A stretch of DNA of 64,000 bases, from NCBI GenBank assembly GCA_963789395.1, contig CAWBKP010000025.1, positions 1-64,000 of the forward strand, read 5' to 3'. Below the pieces are notes generated by a model that worked only from the letters and a program-made list of their open reading frames with translations, had not been told where the DNA came from and made no database searches. Each line of letters begins with the position of its first letter. The first letter of the stretch is position 1. The position numbers and the translations under genes are program-made. Positions 52,100 through 63,365 of this stretch are shown here, in pieces. Origin of the DNA: an uncultured delta proteobacterium. GTDB taxonomy: Bacteria; Desulfobacterota; Desulfobacteria; Desulfobacterales; Desulfatirhabdiaceae.

Positions 52100-53705
52100 A
52101 TGACCGAATTTACGTATCAGGAGATGTTTCCTCTGGGGCCAGACACGACGGAATATCGCCGGTTGACAGCCGACTTTGTTTCAGAAGCTTCCTTCGAAGG
52201 CCATGCCATGGTGAAGATTGCTCCAGAGGGCCTGACCCTGCTGGCGGAGCAGGCTTTTAAAGACGTTTCTCACCTTTTGAGAACATCCCATCTCCTGCAG
52301 CTGGTCAAGATATTACATGATTCCGAGAGCTCTGCCAACGACCGGTACGTCGCCCTTGAAATGCTGAAAAACGCCGTGATTTCCGCTGAAGGCGAATATC
52401 CCATGTGTCAGGATACCGGAACCGCCGTGATCATGGGCAAAAAAGGCCAGCAGAATCTGGACCGGGTTTTCGGATGAAGCGGCCCTTTCCCGGGGCGTTT
52501 TCAATGCCTATACCCAGGGCAATCTCCGGTATTCCCAGAATGCGCCGCTGACGCCTTTACGAGGAAAAAAACACCGGCTGCAATCTGCCGGCCCAGATCG
52601 ATATTTTTGCGACTCCCGGAGATGCCTATAAATTTCTCTTCATTGCCAAGGGCGGCGGCTCCGCCAACAAAACCTATCTCTTTCAGGAAACAAAGGCCGT
52701 GCTGGCGCCGGATAAGCTCCCGGAATATTTCAAAGGCCAAAATGAAAAGCCTCGGACCGCGGCCTGCCCGCCCTATCACCTGGCCTTTGTTATCGGCGGC
52801 ACCTCGGCGGAAACCAACCTTAAAACCGTGAAACTGGCCTCGGCAGGCTATCTGGATGGGCTGCCGGAGCAGGGAAACGCCTGGGCCACGCCTTCCGGGA
52901 CAGGACTGGAAGCCGTGCTGTAAGATGTCGCGGGACCTCGGCTTGGGCGCCCAGTTCGGCGGGGTGATTTCTGCCATGATGTCCGGGTGATCCGACTGCC
53001 CCGGCATGGGGCTTCCTGCCCCATCGGCATGGGCGTCAGCTGCAGCGCGGACCGCAACATCAAGGCCAGAATCACCGGGACGGCATTTTTCTGGAAAAGC
53101 TTGAAACCAATCCCGCGCAGTTTCTTCCGGAACCCTCGGGCGCGGCGGATGACGCCGTTCGGATCGATCTGAACCGGCCCATGAGTGAAATCCGGGAAAC
53201 CTTCAGCAAGTATCCCGTTTCCACCCGGCTTGCTGCTGACCGGAGACATTGTCGTGGGAAGAGATATCGCTCATGCCAAGCTCAAGGAGCGTCTCGACCG
53301 GGGCGAGGATCTGCCCGAATATTTCAAGAATCACATCGTGTATTATGCCGGACCTGCCAAAACCCCCAAAGGCCGGGCCTCGGGCTCGTTCGGCCCGACG
53401 ACCGCGGGCCGCATGGATCCTTATGTTCCCCTGTTTCAGGCAAGGGGCGGCTCCATGATCATGCTGGCCAAGGGAAACCGCACCCGGCAGGTTACGGATT
53501 CCTGCAAAAAATACGGCGGATTCTATCTGGGGTCCATCGGCGGGCCGGCGGCACGTCTGGGCAGGACTGCATTACCCGCATCGAAATCCTTGAATATCCG
53601 GAACTGGGAATGGAAGCGATTTTCAAGATTACGGTCAAGGATTTTCCCGCGTTTATCATCGTGGATGACAAGGGAAATGACTTTTTTTCCAGCCTGATGC
53701 TTTAG
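52100..53705 (+). CDS. Class I (Fe-S) fumarate hydratase, multiple frameshifts
   Basis: [49 protein letters not shown] and VDDKGNDFF spread over successive frames. Confidence 0.9.
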
Positions 53706-53720
53706 TAAAAAGGAGGCCTT

Positions 53721-54564
53721 TTGAAAACCGATATTACCATTCTTTGCGACAATTATGTGGGACGGCCCGGTTTTATTGGAGAGCATGGATTCAGCACCTT
53801 GATTGAAAGCGGAGAGAAACGGTATCTCTTTGACGCCGGCTCAGGCGTCGGCCTATTCAACAATCTGAAGCTGCTTGATAAAAACCTGAAAGGGGTCAGC
53901 CGCATTTTTCTCAGCCACGGCCATTACGATCATACCGGCGGGCTTAAAGCCGTGCTTCAGGAAACCGGTCCGGTGAAAGTGGTTGCCCATCCGGATGTTT
54001 TCTCCGGGCACTATGTCAAAAATCCCCTGCTGTTTGCCAATGAGCCCCGATATATCGGCAGTCCCTGTTTCAAAAGAAGAATTGTCCGATCTGGGAGCGG
54101 AGTTTACCTGGGTGGATCAGACCCGGCAAGTGGAAGACGGGATCTGGTTTGTTACCGGAGTTCCCTGTAAACCGGAACAGAACTTTCAGGACCCCCAGCT
54201 TCTGCTTCAGAAAGGAGATGCGTTTTCCCCGGATCCCATCAGTGATGACGCCAGCCTTTTGATTGAAACTGCTTCAGATCCGGTGCTGCTACTGGGGTGC
54301 GCCCATGCCGGTGTGCTGAACATTCTGGATCATCTTCAGGACACCCTGAAAATCCGAAAACTGCGGGCCATCCTTGGCGGAACCCATCTGATGTTTTTTT
54401 CACCGGAACGGATTGCCGCGGTGATACGGCGCTTCGAAGATTTCGGCGTGGAGCAGGTCGGGGTTTCCCATTGTACCGGAATGTCGGCTACCGTTGCATT
54501 GGGTGCCCATTTCAAGGACAGATTTGCGGCGGCTGCCGCCGGCAGTGTGTTTTCCTTTGATTGA
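53721..54564 (+). CDS. MBL-fold metallo-hydrolase (frameshift near 54065)
   Basis: [27 protein letters not shown] and HCTG. Confidence 0.85.
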
Positions 54565-54580
54565 AGGTCTACATGAAGAG

Positions 54581-56409
54581 ATGAAGACACCCAACCGTCT
54601 GATACACGAAAAAAGCCCCTATCTGCTGCAGCATGCCCACAATCCTGTGGATTGGTATCCCTGGGGGGATGCGGCTTTTTCCCGAGCCAAGTCGGAAGAT
54701 AAACCCGTTTTTCTGTCCGTGGGATATGCCACCTGTCACTGGTGCCACGTGATGGAAAAAGAATCGTTTGAAAATCCGGAGGCAGCCAAGGCCCTGAATG
54801 ACGCTTTTGTCTGCATCAAGGTGGACCGGGAAGAGCGTCCCGATATCGATGCGGTCTACATGGCAGCCTGCCATTTGATAACAGGCCGCGGGGGATGGCC
54901 GCTGACAGCGCTGCTGACGCCGGATAAAGCAACCGTTTTTCGCCGCAACCTATATTCCCCTTCACAGCCGATTCGGTCAGCCCGGCGTCCTGGATCTTTG
55001 CGCGCAGATCACGGACATGTGGCAATCCAGAAGGCAGAAGATCCAGGATGCGGTTCGGAAATCAATGGGCACCTGTCAAGGTCTTTTGAATACAAGTCGT
55101 CAACGTCGATGAATTCCTCTCCACTGGATGCCGCCCTTGCCGAAATCACTCGGAGATTCGATTCTCAGTTCGGGGGATTTGAGCCTGCTCCCAAATTTCC
55201 CTCTCCGCACCGGCTGCTGTTTTTACTTCAGCAATATGAGAAGCGCGTGACGCCGAGACCCTGAAAATGGTGGAAACAACGCTTTCGAACATGCGGGCCG
55301 GAGGCATTTGGGACCATGTCGGCTTTGGATTTCACCGGTATTCGACGGACAAGCAGTGGCTTCTGCCGCATTTCGAGAAAATGCTTTATGACCAGGCCCT
55401 TCTGGCGCTGGCTTTTCTGGAAACCTATCGGATCTCCGGAAACGCTTTTTATGCGCAGACAGCCGAGGAAATTTTTGCTTATGTGCTTCGGGACATGACG
55501 TCTGAAGCCGGGGCTTTTTTCACGGCTGAAGATGCGGACAGTGAAGGCGAGGAGGGCAGGTTTTATGTCTGGTCTTACGCTGAAGTCCATCAACTGCTGG
55601 CGCCTTTTTCTGCCCATTGGGAAGAGATTCTGAACATCCGGCCGGAAGGCAATTTCCACGATGAGGCAACCGGCCGGCAATCCGGGGTCAATATTCTCCA
55701 CACGCGGCTGCCCCTGTCTGAATGGGCCTTGCACCTGCAGGTTCCGGAAGCGGATCTGCTGAAGGAATGGGAGGATATCCGCAGCCGGCTTTTTGCGGTC
55801 CGCAGCCGGCGGATACATCCCCTGAAAGACGATAAAGTCCTGACGGACTGGAACGGGCTGATGATTGCAGCCCTTGCAACCGGCGCACGGATTTTGAATA
55901 AACCCGTTTATGCCCAGGCTGCGGCCAGGGCTGCTGATTTTGTCCTGACAACCCTGTGCGACCCAGTCGGCCGGTTGCTGCACCGTTTTCGTGAAGGGCA
56001 GGCAGGGGTGCCGGCCTGCGCAGATGATTATGCATGGATGATTTTCGGACTGCTGGCTTTGCATCAGGCGGATGGGAATCCCCTGTGGCTGACGGAGGCC
56101 ATCGGGTTTCAAGGCATTCTGGATTCGGATTACACAGACCGGGAGCTCGGCGGATATTTTATGAACCTTGATCCAGTCGAGCTGCCCGTTCGACCCAAAG
56201 AGCTGTATGACGGGGCCATGCCGTCCGCCAATTCGGTTTCACTGGTCAATCTTTCGACCATGCATGATCTTACGGCGGATAAACGGTGGCTGGACCAGGC
56301 AATGCAATTGGCCGGATCATTTTTTGATACGGTTCAAAACCAGCCGTCCGCCCATACGTTTTTCCTGACCGGGCTTTCATCGGTTCTTCGCAAAGGGGAT
56401 TTATCCTGA
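54581..56409 (+). CDS. Thioredoxin-domain protein YyaL/SSP411-like (several frameshifts)
   Basis: [45 protein letters not shown] and [11 protein letters not shown]. Confidence 0.9.
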
Positions 56410-56444
56410 ATACCCGTGAAACATCGCTCACCGGACCGGCGTTC

Positions 56445-57278
56445 ATGCTGGGGTCCTCCCTGATGTTTGCCGTCATGGATGGCGTCATCAAAATCATCGG
56501 CCCATCCTTCCGGGTCTGGGACATTGCCTTTTATCGTTTCTGCTTCGGGATTGTGATCCTTTTAGGGATTTACGGCGGCAGAGAAAGTCTGATCAAAGGG
56601 GCCAATCCCAGGCTGTTGATTCTTCGCGGCGTGATCGGTTCATGTGCGTTTCTATCCCTTGTCAGCGCCATCCGCCTGATCCCCATTTCATCGGCCATGG
56701 TGCTGTTTTTCTCGTTTCCGGCATTTACGGCCTTGTTCTCCCCCCTGATATACCGGGAGCGGATTACCCTGCCTGAAATCATCTGCATTGCGGCAACCAT
56801 GCTGGGTATCGCCTGCTTGTTTGATTTCCGGTTTGAAGGTGTCTGGCTGGGGCAGGTGCTGGCGGTTTCAGGCGCCGTGTTTGCCGGCCTGACCGTCACC
56901 ATTATCAAAAAGCTTCGTGAAAACCACCGGACCGGCGTTGTGTATATGTATTTTTGTATTATCGGCACCTGCATCACATTTCCGGCCTTCATAGCGCAGC
57001 CGCAGCTTCCGCAAACCTGGAACGACGGGGTGATGATGGCAATCATCGTGGTTGCGTCCGTGATCGGGCAGTTGCTGATGACAAAAGGTCTAAGGTATTG
57101 TAAAAGCTGGGAAGGCGGCGTTCTGATGACCACGGAGCTTGTTTTTACAAGCCTTCTGGGAATTCTGCTCCTGCAGGAACTGGTGACCTGGCGGTTCTGG
57201 ATCGGAGGTCTGTTGATTCTGGGAAGCGTTATGGGGCTTCAGATTTGTGGTTCACCAAAGAAGATAAAAAGTTCCTGA
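56445..57278 (+). CDS. DMT/EamA-family transporter
   Basis: About 10 hydrophobic helices arranged as two EamA-like repeats. Confidence 0.85.
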   Translation: MLGSSLMFAVMDGVIKIIGPSFRVWDIAFYRFCFGIVILLGIYGGRESLIKGANPRLLILRGVIGSCAFLSLVSAIRLIPISSAMVLFFSFPAFTALFSPLIYRERITLPEIICIAATMLGIACLFDFRFEGVWLGQVLAVSGAVFAGLTVTIIKKLRENHRTGVVYMYFCIIGTCITFPAFIAQPQLPQTWNDGVMMAIIVVASVIGQLLMTKGLRYCKSWEGGVLMTTELVFTSLLGILLLQELVTWRFWIGGLLILGSVMGLQICGSPKKIKSS

Positions 57279-57297
57279 ACAAAAGGATCTGATGATA

Positions 57298-57355
57298 AAA
57301 TTCGAAATCCGAATATCGAAATTCGAAACAAATTCAAAATTCTAATGCTCAAAAC
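57298..57355. repeat. 7-bp-period TTCGAAA repeat unit between convergent genes
   Basis: AAATTCGAAATCCGAATATCGAAATTCGAAACAAATTCAAAATTCTAATGCTCAAAAC. Near reverse complement of 58875-58932. Confidence 0.8.
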
Positions 57356-58085
57356 TATCGGTGTTTCGGATTTCATAAGTATCATTTCGGCCCCGAATGT
57401 ATCGCGTGGGATCCGGGATGCCGGCTTTGGTGAACCCTTTTTTTCGCAGCAGACAACTGTCGCACTGGCCGCAGGCCAGTCCTTCGGCGGATGGATCGTA
57501 GCAACTGTGGGTCAGGGAATAGTCCACGCCCAGTTCCGTGCCTTTCAGAATGATCTGGGCTTTGTTGAGATGAAGCAGCGGGGTCTGGATCCGGACCCGG
57601 GTTTTGCCTTCCACGCCGATTTTGGTGGCCAGATTGGCCATGCGTTCAAAGGCTTCGATGAATTCCGGCCGGCAGTCCGGATACCCGCTGAAATCAACGG
57701 CATTGACGCCGATAAAAATATGCGATGTTTGCAACACTTCTGCCCAGGCCAGGGCATAAGACAGAAAAATGGTGTTTCGGGCCGGCACATACGTGATGGG
57801 GATTTCGGATGTCATGGTTTTCAGATTTCTGGATTTGGGAACTTCCAGATCATCTGTGAGGGCTGAGCCGCCGATGGCATGAAGGTCGATACGGATCACC
57901 AGGTGCCTGGCGACCTGAAATTGTTCGGCGATCCTTTCGGCAGCCTTGAGCTCATAGGCATGGCGCTGTCCGTAATCAAAACTGAGGCTGTAGATCTCGA
58001 ACCCTTCACTTTTGGCGATGGCGATCACCGTGGTGGAATCCAGGCCGCCGCTTGAGAGAACCACGGCTTTTTCAGGGGTATTCAT
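57342..58085 (-). CDS. queC: 7-cyano-7-deazaguanine synthase
   Basis: [26 protein letters not shown] and SCY..CGQCDSC. Confidence 0.95.
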   Translation of the reverse strand: MNTPEKAVVLSSGGLDSTTVIAIAKSEGFEIYSLSFDYGQRHAYELKAAERIAEQFQVARHLVIRIDLHAIGGSALTDDLEVPKSRNLKTMTSEIPITYVPARNTIFLSYALAWAEVLQTSHIFIGVNAVDFSGYPDCRPEFIEAFERMANLATKIGVEGKTRVRIQTPLLHLNKAQIILKGTELGVDYSLTHSCYDPSAEGLACGQCDSCLLRKKGFTKAGIPDPTRYIRGRNDTYEIRNTDSFEH

Positions 58086-58110
58086 AGCATTCCTTTGATG
58101 ATAATCATGT

Positions 58111-58758
58111 TTAAACGCCTCTTTCCGTATCTGGCCAGATCACTTTATGAAGCTGAAGGTGGAGCCGGACGCCGAGGCCATCCCGTAAAATCCATTCTGC
58201 CAGAAGGCTCGGGGGCAGGGATCCAAAGGAAGGGGAAAACAGGACGCCGGATCCGGGAAAATCCGGCGGAAGCAGTTTCAGAATATTCAGGGCATAACTA
58301 TAATCCGCCTGGTTGGCGATGACGAATTTTATCTGATCGTGGGGGCTGATCCGCCGAAGATTGTCCGGATCATTATGCGTGTGCATCCGGCTTGACGGAC
58401 ATTTAACGTCCATGATCCGGATGCAGCGGCCGTCAATCCGGGAGATATCGAGGCTGCCGTTGGTTTCCATTAAAACCGTGCGGTCCTGATCCAGAAGCTG
58501 CCTGACCAGATCCGGGGTTTGTTCCTGAAACAGCGGCTCTCCGCCGGTGATCTCAATCAGCGCCGTAGCAGGATAGGATTCAACCCGGCGCATGATTTCG
58601 GGGATCGTCATGTCCATGCCTTCATCATAGGCATACCGGGTATCGCAATAAGCGCACCGGAGATTGCATCCGGTCAGACGGATAAAAACGCAGGGCAGTC
58701 CGGCATACAGGGATTCGCCCTGAATGCTGTAAAATATTTCATTGATTCTCAGCGGCAC
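58111..58758 (-). CDS. queE: 7-carboxy-7-deazaguanine synthase, radical SAM
   Basis: [28 protein letters not shown] and QLHK. Confidence 0.92.
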   Translation of the reverse strand: MPLRINEIFYSIQGESLYAGLPCVFIRLTGCNLRCAYCDTRYAYDEGMDMTIPEIMRRVESYPATALIEITGGEPLFQEQTPDLVRQLLDQDRTVLMETNGSLDISRIDGRCIRIMDVKCPSSRMHTHNDPDNLRRISPHDQIKFVIANQADYSYALNILKLLPPDFPGSGVLFSPSFGSLPPSLLAEWILRDGLGVRLHLQLHKVIWPDTERGV

Positions 58759-58812
58759 GGCTATCCATTTAAGAACAGATTATGTCTGAATTCAACGACT
58801 GTCAGTAACTAC

Positions 58813-58932
58813 AAATTCAAAATCCGAAGCACGAAATTCGAAATAATGCTCTAAACGGGGTTCCCAGACGGAATGTTTTGAGCATTAGAATTTTGAATTT
58901 GTTTCGAATTTCGGATTTCGATATTCGAATTT
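58813..58932. repeat. Inverted pair of 7-bp-period TTCGAAA repeats
   Basis: Arms at 58813-58856 and 58875-58932. Confidence 0.8.
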
Positions 58933-59012
58933 AACCTGTACGACTTTGCGTTCAGCCGCCACAATAAATTTATATCAGCCGGCCGGTTATAAGTAAAGAT
59001 GAAAGGTGACAG

Positions 59013-60258
59013 ATGAAAACCATTGGAATCCTTAAAAACGCCATTCAGGACTATGCCTGGGGCTCGCTGACGGCCATTCCGGAGCTTCTGGGACAGCCTG
59101 TTACGGGAACCCCCCAGGCCGAACTCTGGATGGGGGCGCACCCCAAGGCCCCGTCGCAGGTTTTTCATGGCGGGAAATGGGAGTCGCTGATTCAGGCGAT
59201 TGAAACGCAACCGGTGGATGTGCTGGGAAAGGAAGTTGCGGAGAAATTCCGCGGAAAGCTTCCCTATCTTTTCAAGGTACTGGCCGCTGCAAAGCCGCTT
59301 TCCATACAGGCCCATCCGAATTTGCAGCAGGCAAGAGAAGGTTTTGAGCGGGAGAATCGCCAGGGCATTTCCCTGACGGCTTCCAACCGAAATTACAAGG
59401 ATGAGAACCACAAACCCGAATGCATCTGTGCATTGACCCGGTTCTGGGGCATGAACGGCTTTCGAAGCGCTCCGGAAATCATCCGGTACCTGTGCAGTTT
59501 CTGCCAGGATGTGCTGCAAGCTGAGATTGCGCTTTTAGAGAGCCGAGCCGGATTCACGGGGATTAAAGCGCCTGTTTCAATCTCTGCTGACGCTGTCGCC
59601 GCAAAAGAGAACGGCTGCCATAGCTTCCGCGGTTTCTCATGCCGGATCTATAGATGTGAGAGACGATCGCGTTTGCCATTGGGTCCGGCGGTTGCAAGCA
59701 GAATATCCAGAGGATATCGGCGTGCTGTTTCCGGCGATTTTGAATTTGTTCTGTCTGGAACCCGGACAGGCCCTTTACCTGGCCTCCGGTGAACCGCATG
59801 CCTATCTCGATGGGGTCGGCATTGAACTGATGGCCAATTCGGATAACGTGCTGCGCGGCGGACTCACCCCAAAACACCTGGATGTTCCGGAACTGCTGAA
59901 CGTTCTGACTTTTCGAGAGCAGGGGCCGTCCGTGATTCTGCCCCGAAAGTGCAGCGATGTGGAATGGGTGTATGACACGCCTGCAGAGGAGTTCTGCCTT
60001 TCCATGTTGACTGTTTCCCCAGGGTTTTACTGGATCAGCCCTGGAAAACGATCCGCTGAGATTCTGTTATGTACACAGGGACATCTTTTACTGGACAGCG
60101 GTTCTGGCGATGATCCGATTCACCTGCATAAAGGGGCGTCTGCCGTTATTCCTGCATCGGTTATGGAATATCATCTATCCGGCAGCGGGGTGTGCTATAA
60201 AGCATCGGTTCCGGGACCTGCCGGCTTTATGCTTGACAGGCGAGCGGTTGGATCGTAA
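59013..60258 (+). CDS. manA: Mannose-6-phosphate isomerase class I (frameshifts near 59545-59660)
   Basis: YAWGS, AELWMGAHP, LSIQAHP, YKDENHKPE, HAYL and ELMANSDNVLRGGLTPKH. Confidence 0.9.
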
Positions 60259-60389
60259 AAGATATGAATTGTAGCGCCAATAAAATCGTGAGAGCGTGAA
60301 GTTGTGAGGACGGAGCAATTTTGCGATTTCACGCATTCACGTACTTACGACCTGAAGCGTGGTTTTTGACTGAGAATAGGAGTTGATTC

Positions 60390-61265
60390 ATGATCAAAGG
60401 TATCGTTCTTGCCGGTGGTTCCGGCACCCGGCTGTATCCCATTACCCGGGTGGTCAGCAAACAATTGCTGCCGGTTTATGACAAGCCCATGATTTACTAT
60501 CCCCTGTCCGTGCTGATGCTGGCCGGTATTCGGGATATTCTGCTGATCTCGACACCGGAGGACCTGCCGCAGTTCAAACGGCTTCTGGGAGACGGCTCCC
60601 AGATCGGTATTTCCTTGTCCTATGCGGAACAGCCCAGGCCGGAAGGACTGGCCCAGGCGTTTATTATCGGCAAATCTTTTATCGGCAATGATCCGGTCTG
60701 CCTGATCCTCGGAGACAACATTTTTTACGGCCACAATCTTTCGGAAATCCTGAAACGGGCGGTGAATCGGGACAGCGGCGGACTGGTATTCGGATATCTT
60801 GTCAAAGACCCGGAGCGTTACGGCGTGGTAGAATTTGATGATGCCGGCAACGTGATCGGCATCGAGGAAAAACCCAAAAAACCCAAATCCAATTATGCGG
60901 TTCCAGGGCTGTATATCTACGACAACGATGTGGTGAAAATCGCCGAAAACCTGAAGCCTTCGGCAAGGGGAGAACTGGAGATCACGGATGTCAATCTGGC
61001 ATATCTTCGCAGAGGAGATCTCAGGGTAGAGCTGTTGGGCAGGGGGTTTGCCTGGCTGGACACCGGAACCCATGAGGCGCTTCAGCAGGCTGCAAGTTAT
61101 GTGGAAGCCATTCAGGACCGGCAGGGGCTGAAAATTTCCTGTATCGAGGAAATCGCCTACCGTTTGGGGTATATTTCCCGCGAACAGGTCAAAGCCCTGG
61201 CATCGGATATGATGAAAAACGGCTATGGAGAGTATCTGATGGCAATGATCAGTGAAAACGCCTGA
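60390..61265 (+). CDS. rfbA: Glucose-1-phosphate thymidylyltransferase
   Basis: [39 protein letters not shown] and WLDTGT. Confidence 0.95.
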   Translation: MIKGIVLAGGSGTRLYPITRVVSKQLLPVYDKPMIYYPLSVLMLAGIRDILLISTPEDLPQFKRLLGDGSQIGISLSYAEQPRPEGLAQAFIIGKSFIGNDPVCLILGDNIFYGHNLSEILKRAVNRDSGGLVFGYLVKDPERYGVVEFDDAGNVIGIEEKPKKPKSNYAVPGLYIYDNDVVKIAENLKPSARGELEITDVNLAYLRRGDLRVELLGRGFAWLDTGTHEALQQAASYVEAIQDRQGLKISCIEEIAYRLGYISREQVKALASDMMKNGYGEYLMAMISENA

Positions 61266-61344
61266 TTCTTGGACGGTTTTTCACCTGAATGATCTGGCAT
61301 CTTATAGGGATGCCTCAAACTGATCAGACAGCCGCAAGGGATGT

Positions 61345-62151
61345 ATGGAACCACAGCAACCGGATTACAACAGCGCTGTTTTAATCGCCGAAGGGGTTTA
61401 CTGGGTTGGATTCTATGACGCCCAGTCCGGGCTTCACTGCAATCCCTATCTGATTGTCGACGGCAATGAGGCTGTGGTTATTGACGGCGGAAGCCGTCCG
61501 GATTTTCCGACAGTCATGATGAAAATCCTGGAAACCGGCATATCTGCCTCATCCATCATCGCCTTGATTTATCAGCATTATGATCCGGATCTGTGTGGAA
61601 GCGTGGCCCATTTTGAAGATATCATCGACCGGTCTGACCTTAAAATTATTTCGCATAAAGAAAACAATATGTTTATCCGGCATTATGCGATATCATCCCG
61701 GCTGATTTCCCACGATGCGATCGGCAGCGAATTTGTATTTTCTTCCGGCCGGAAACTGCAGTTCATCAACACGCCTTATTCGCATTCCGCTGGAAGTTTT
61801 GTGACATTCGATACCAAAACCCGGGTGCTGTTTAGCAGCGATCTGTTCGGAAGCTACGGGGCAAAGTGGGACCTGTTTTTACACCTGAATCCGGAATGCC
61901 GGGAATGCAATGACTTCGCGCGCTGTGTCCGGGGTGAAAATTACTGCCCGATTCCCGACATTCTCAGGTTCCACCAGCAGATCATGACATCGGAAAAAGC
62001 CCTGCGGTACGCCCTTGGGATCATTGGCGAAATTCCTGCGGGGATGATTGCGCCGCAACATGGCAGCGTTCTGTCCGACCCCCTGGATATCGCTACGGTA
62101 AGCCATCGCCTGATGCTGCTGAAGGGTGTCGGAATCGATCGGATTCTATAA
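61345..62151 (+). CDS. Standalone MBL-fold di-iron protein (ODP/flavodiiron N-domain-like)
   Basis: CNPYLI, QHYDPD, HSAGSF, FSSDLFG and IAPQHG. No flavodoxin domain. Confidence 0.75.
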   Translation: MEPQQPDYNSAVLIAEGVYWVGFYDAQSGLHCNPYLIVDGNEAVVIDGGSRPDFPTVMMKILETGISASSIIALIYQHYDPDLCGSVAHFEDIIDRSDLKIISHKENNMFIRHYAISSRLISHDAIGSEFVFSSGRKLQFINTPYSHSAGSFVTFDTKTRVLFSSDLFGSYGAKWDLFLHLNPECRECNDFARCVRGENYCPIPDILRFHQQIMTSEKALRYALGIIGEIPAGMIAPQHGSVLSDPLDIATVSHRLMLLKGVGIDRIL

Positions 62152-63113
62152 TGGTTTCGAATAGTTCGTCCTTTCCATTCAAGGATCGTCGCAAGCCGGG
62201 CTCGGATTCCGTCAGCTGTGTTCAAGAAATCCTGAAATGCCGGGCGATGCTTCAGGATAATCGGTTGCACAACCGGTTTCTCAAGGAACTGGTGACCAAA
62301 TATTCGCAGGCTCAGCTTAGACTCACTGCGATGAACCGCAAACTCTCCGAGCAGCGGAGCCGGCTGGATGAAGATCTGCAGGCTGCTGCCGGCATTCAGA
62401 AAAGCCTTCTGCCGCAAACGCCGCCGCGGATTTCCGGCCTGGAAATGGCCTGGCGTTTTGCGCCGTCAGAAATGATTGGCGGAGATGTGTTCAATGTGTT
62501 TTTCCTGGATGAGCACCATCTGGGAATATATGTGCTGGATGTCAGCGGCCATGGTGTTCAGGCGGCATTGGTTACGGTGTCGGTTTCTCAGATGCTGCTC
62601 CCCCATACCGGGCTGGTGCTTCGGAATAAATCAGCTTCCGGTTATGAAATAACCCCCCCGGGGCAGCTAATGGCGCTTCTGGACAGGGAGTACCCTCTGG
62701 AGCGATTCGATACGTTCTTTTCGATGGTTTATTTTGTACTGGATGTGCGGGATGGCAGTTTTTCCACCTGCAATGCCGGGCATGTTCCGGCGCTTCTGTT
62801 TTGCCGAAACGGCGGGATTGAGACGCTCAATAACAGCGGTACCGTCATCGGACTGGGAGATATGGTTCCGTTTGAGCAGCTTGAAGAAACGCTTTGTCAG
62901 GGAGACAGGTTGCTGCTGTACACGGACGGGGTTACGGACTTTATGAATTCCCGACACGAACTTTTCGGCAAAGACCGGTTCATCGGGATCGCGGATTCGC
63001 TGCGGGACAGGCCGATTGAGGAAATGGTGGGCGGCATATACGATGCCATGATGGCATTCGGCGACGGATTCCCGATTCAGGATGATGTCAGTATTCTGGG
63101 AATAGCCAGGTAG
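62151..63113 (+). CDS. PP2C/SpoIIE (RsbU-like) phosphatase with N-terminal coiled coil
   Basis: IQKSLLP, IGGD, DVSGHG, NAGH, YTDG and QDDVS. Confidence 0.9.
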   Translation: MVSNSSSFPFKDRRKPGSDSVSCVQEILKCRAMLQDNRLHNRFLKELVTKYSQAQLRLTAMNRKLSEQRSRLDEDLQAAAGIQKSLLPQTPPRISGLEMAWRFAPSEMIGGDVFNVFFLDEHHLGIYVLDVSGHGVQAALVTVSVSQMLLPHTGLVLRNKSASGYEITPPGQLMALLDREYPLERFDTFFSMVYFVLDVRDGSFSTCNAGHVPALLFCRNGGIETLNNSGTVIGLGDMVPFEQLEETLCQGDRLLLYTDGVTDFMNSRHELFGKDRFIGIADSLRDRPIEEMVGGIYDAMMAFGDGFPIQDDVSILGIAR

Positions 63114-63124
63114 TACGACTGCAG

Positions 63125-63151
63125 CGCCTGAATGGAAACTCCATTCAGGCG
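63125..63151. terminator. Perfect 12-bp stem-loop downstream of the phosphatase (possible terminator)
   Basis: CGCCTGAATGGA-AAC-TCCATTCAGGCG. No clear U-tract. Confidence 0.45.
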
Positions 63152-63288
63152 AAATTCGAATATCGAATATCAAATCCGAAACAAATTCAAAATTCGAATA
63201 TCAAAAACGATTGATTTGATAATACACCGTTTTGAGAATGATGATTTTTTGTCATTGTTTCGAATTTCGTGCTTCGGATTTCGAGTTT
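63151..63288. repeat. Inverted pair of 7-bp-period TTCGAAT repeats
   Basis: Arms at 63151-63208 and 63253-63288. Confidence 0.8.
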
Positions 63289-63365
63289 ATGAATGTTTGG
63301 TCATTGGTTCGGATGCCGGATTATTAAAGGAAACTGGGTTTCCATTCAGACATTAAGGAGGATAT

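Noticed and set aside
57342..58758. queC-queE as a 7-deazaguanine DNA-modification (Dpd) or QatABCD-type defence locus
   Set aside because: The genes have ordinary length in a housekeeping context, with no dpdA/tgt-like, ATPase or TatD neighbours.
3424..60258. Frameshifts in many genes (A2M, helicase, regulators, glgA, fumarase, YyaL, manA and others) as mass pseudogenisation or programmed frameshifting
   Set aside because: They are small indels spread across unrelated housekeeping genes with otherwise intact motifs, several near homopolymers. Sequencing or assembly error is the simplest explanation, and raw reads would be needed to decide.
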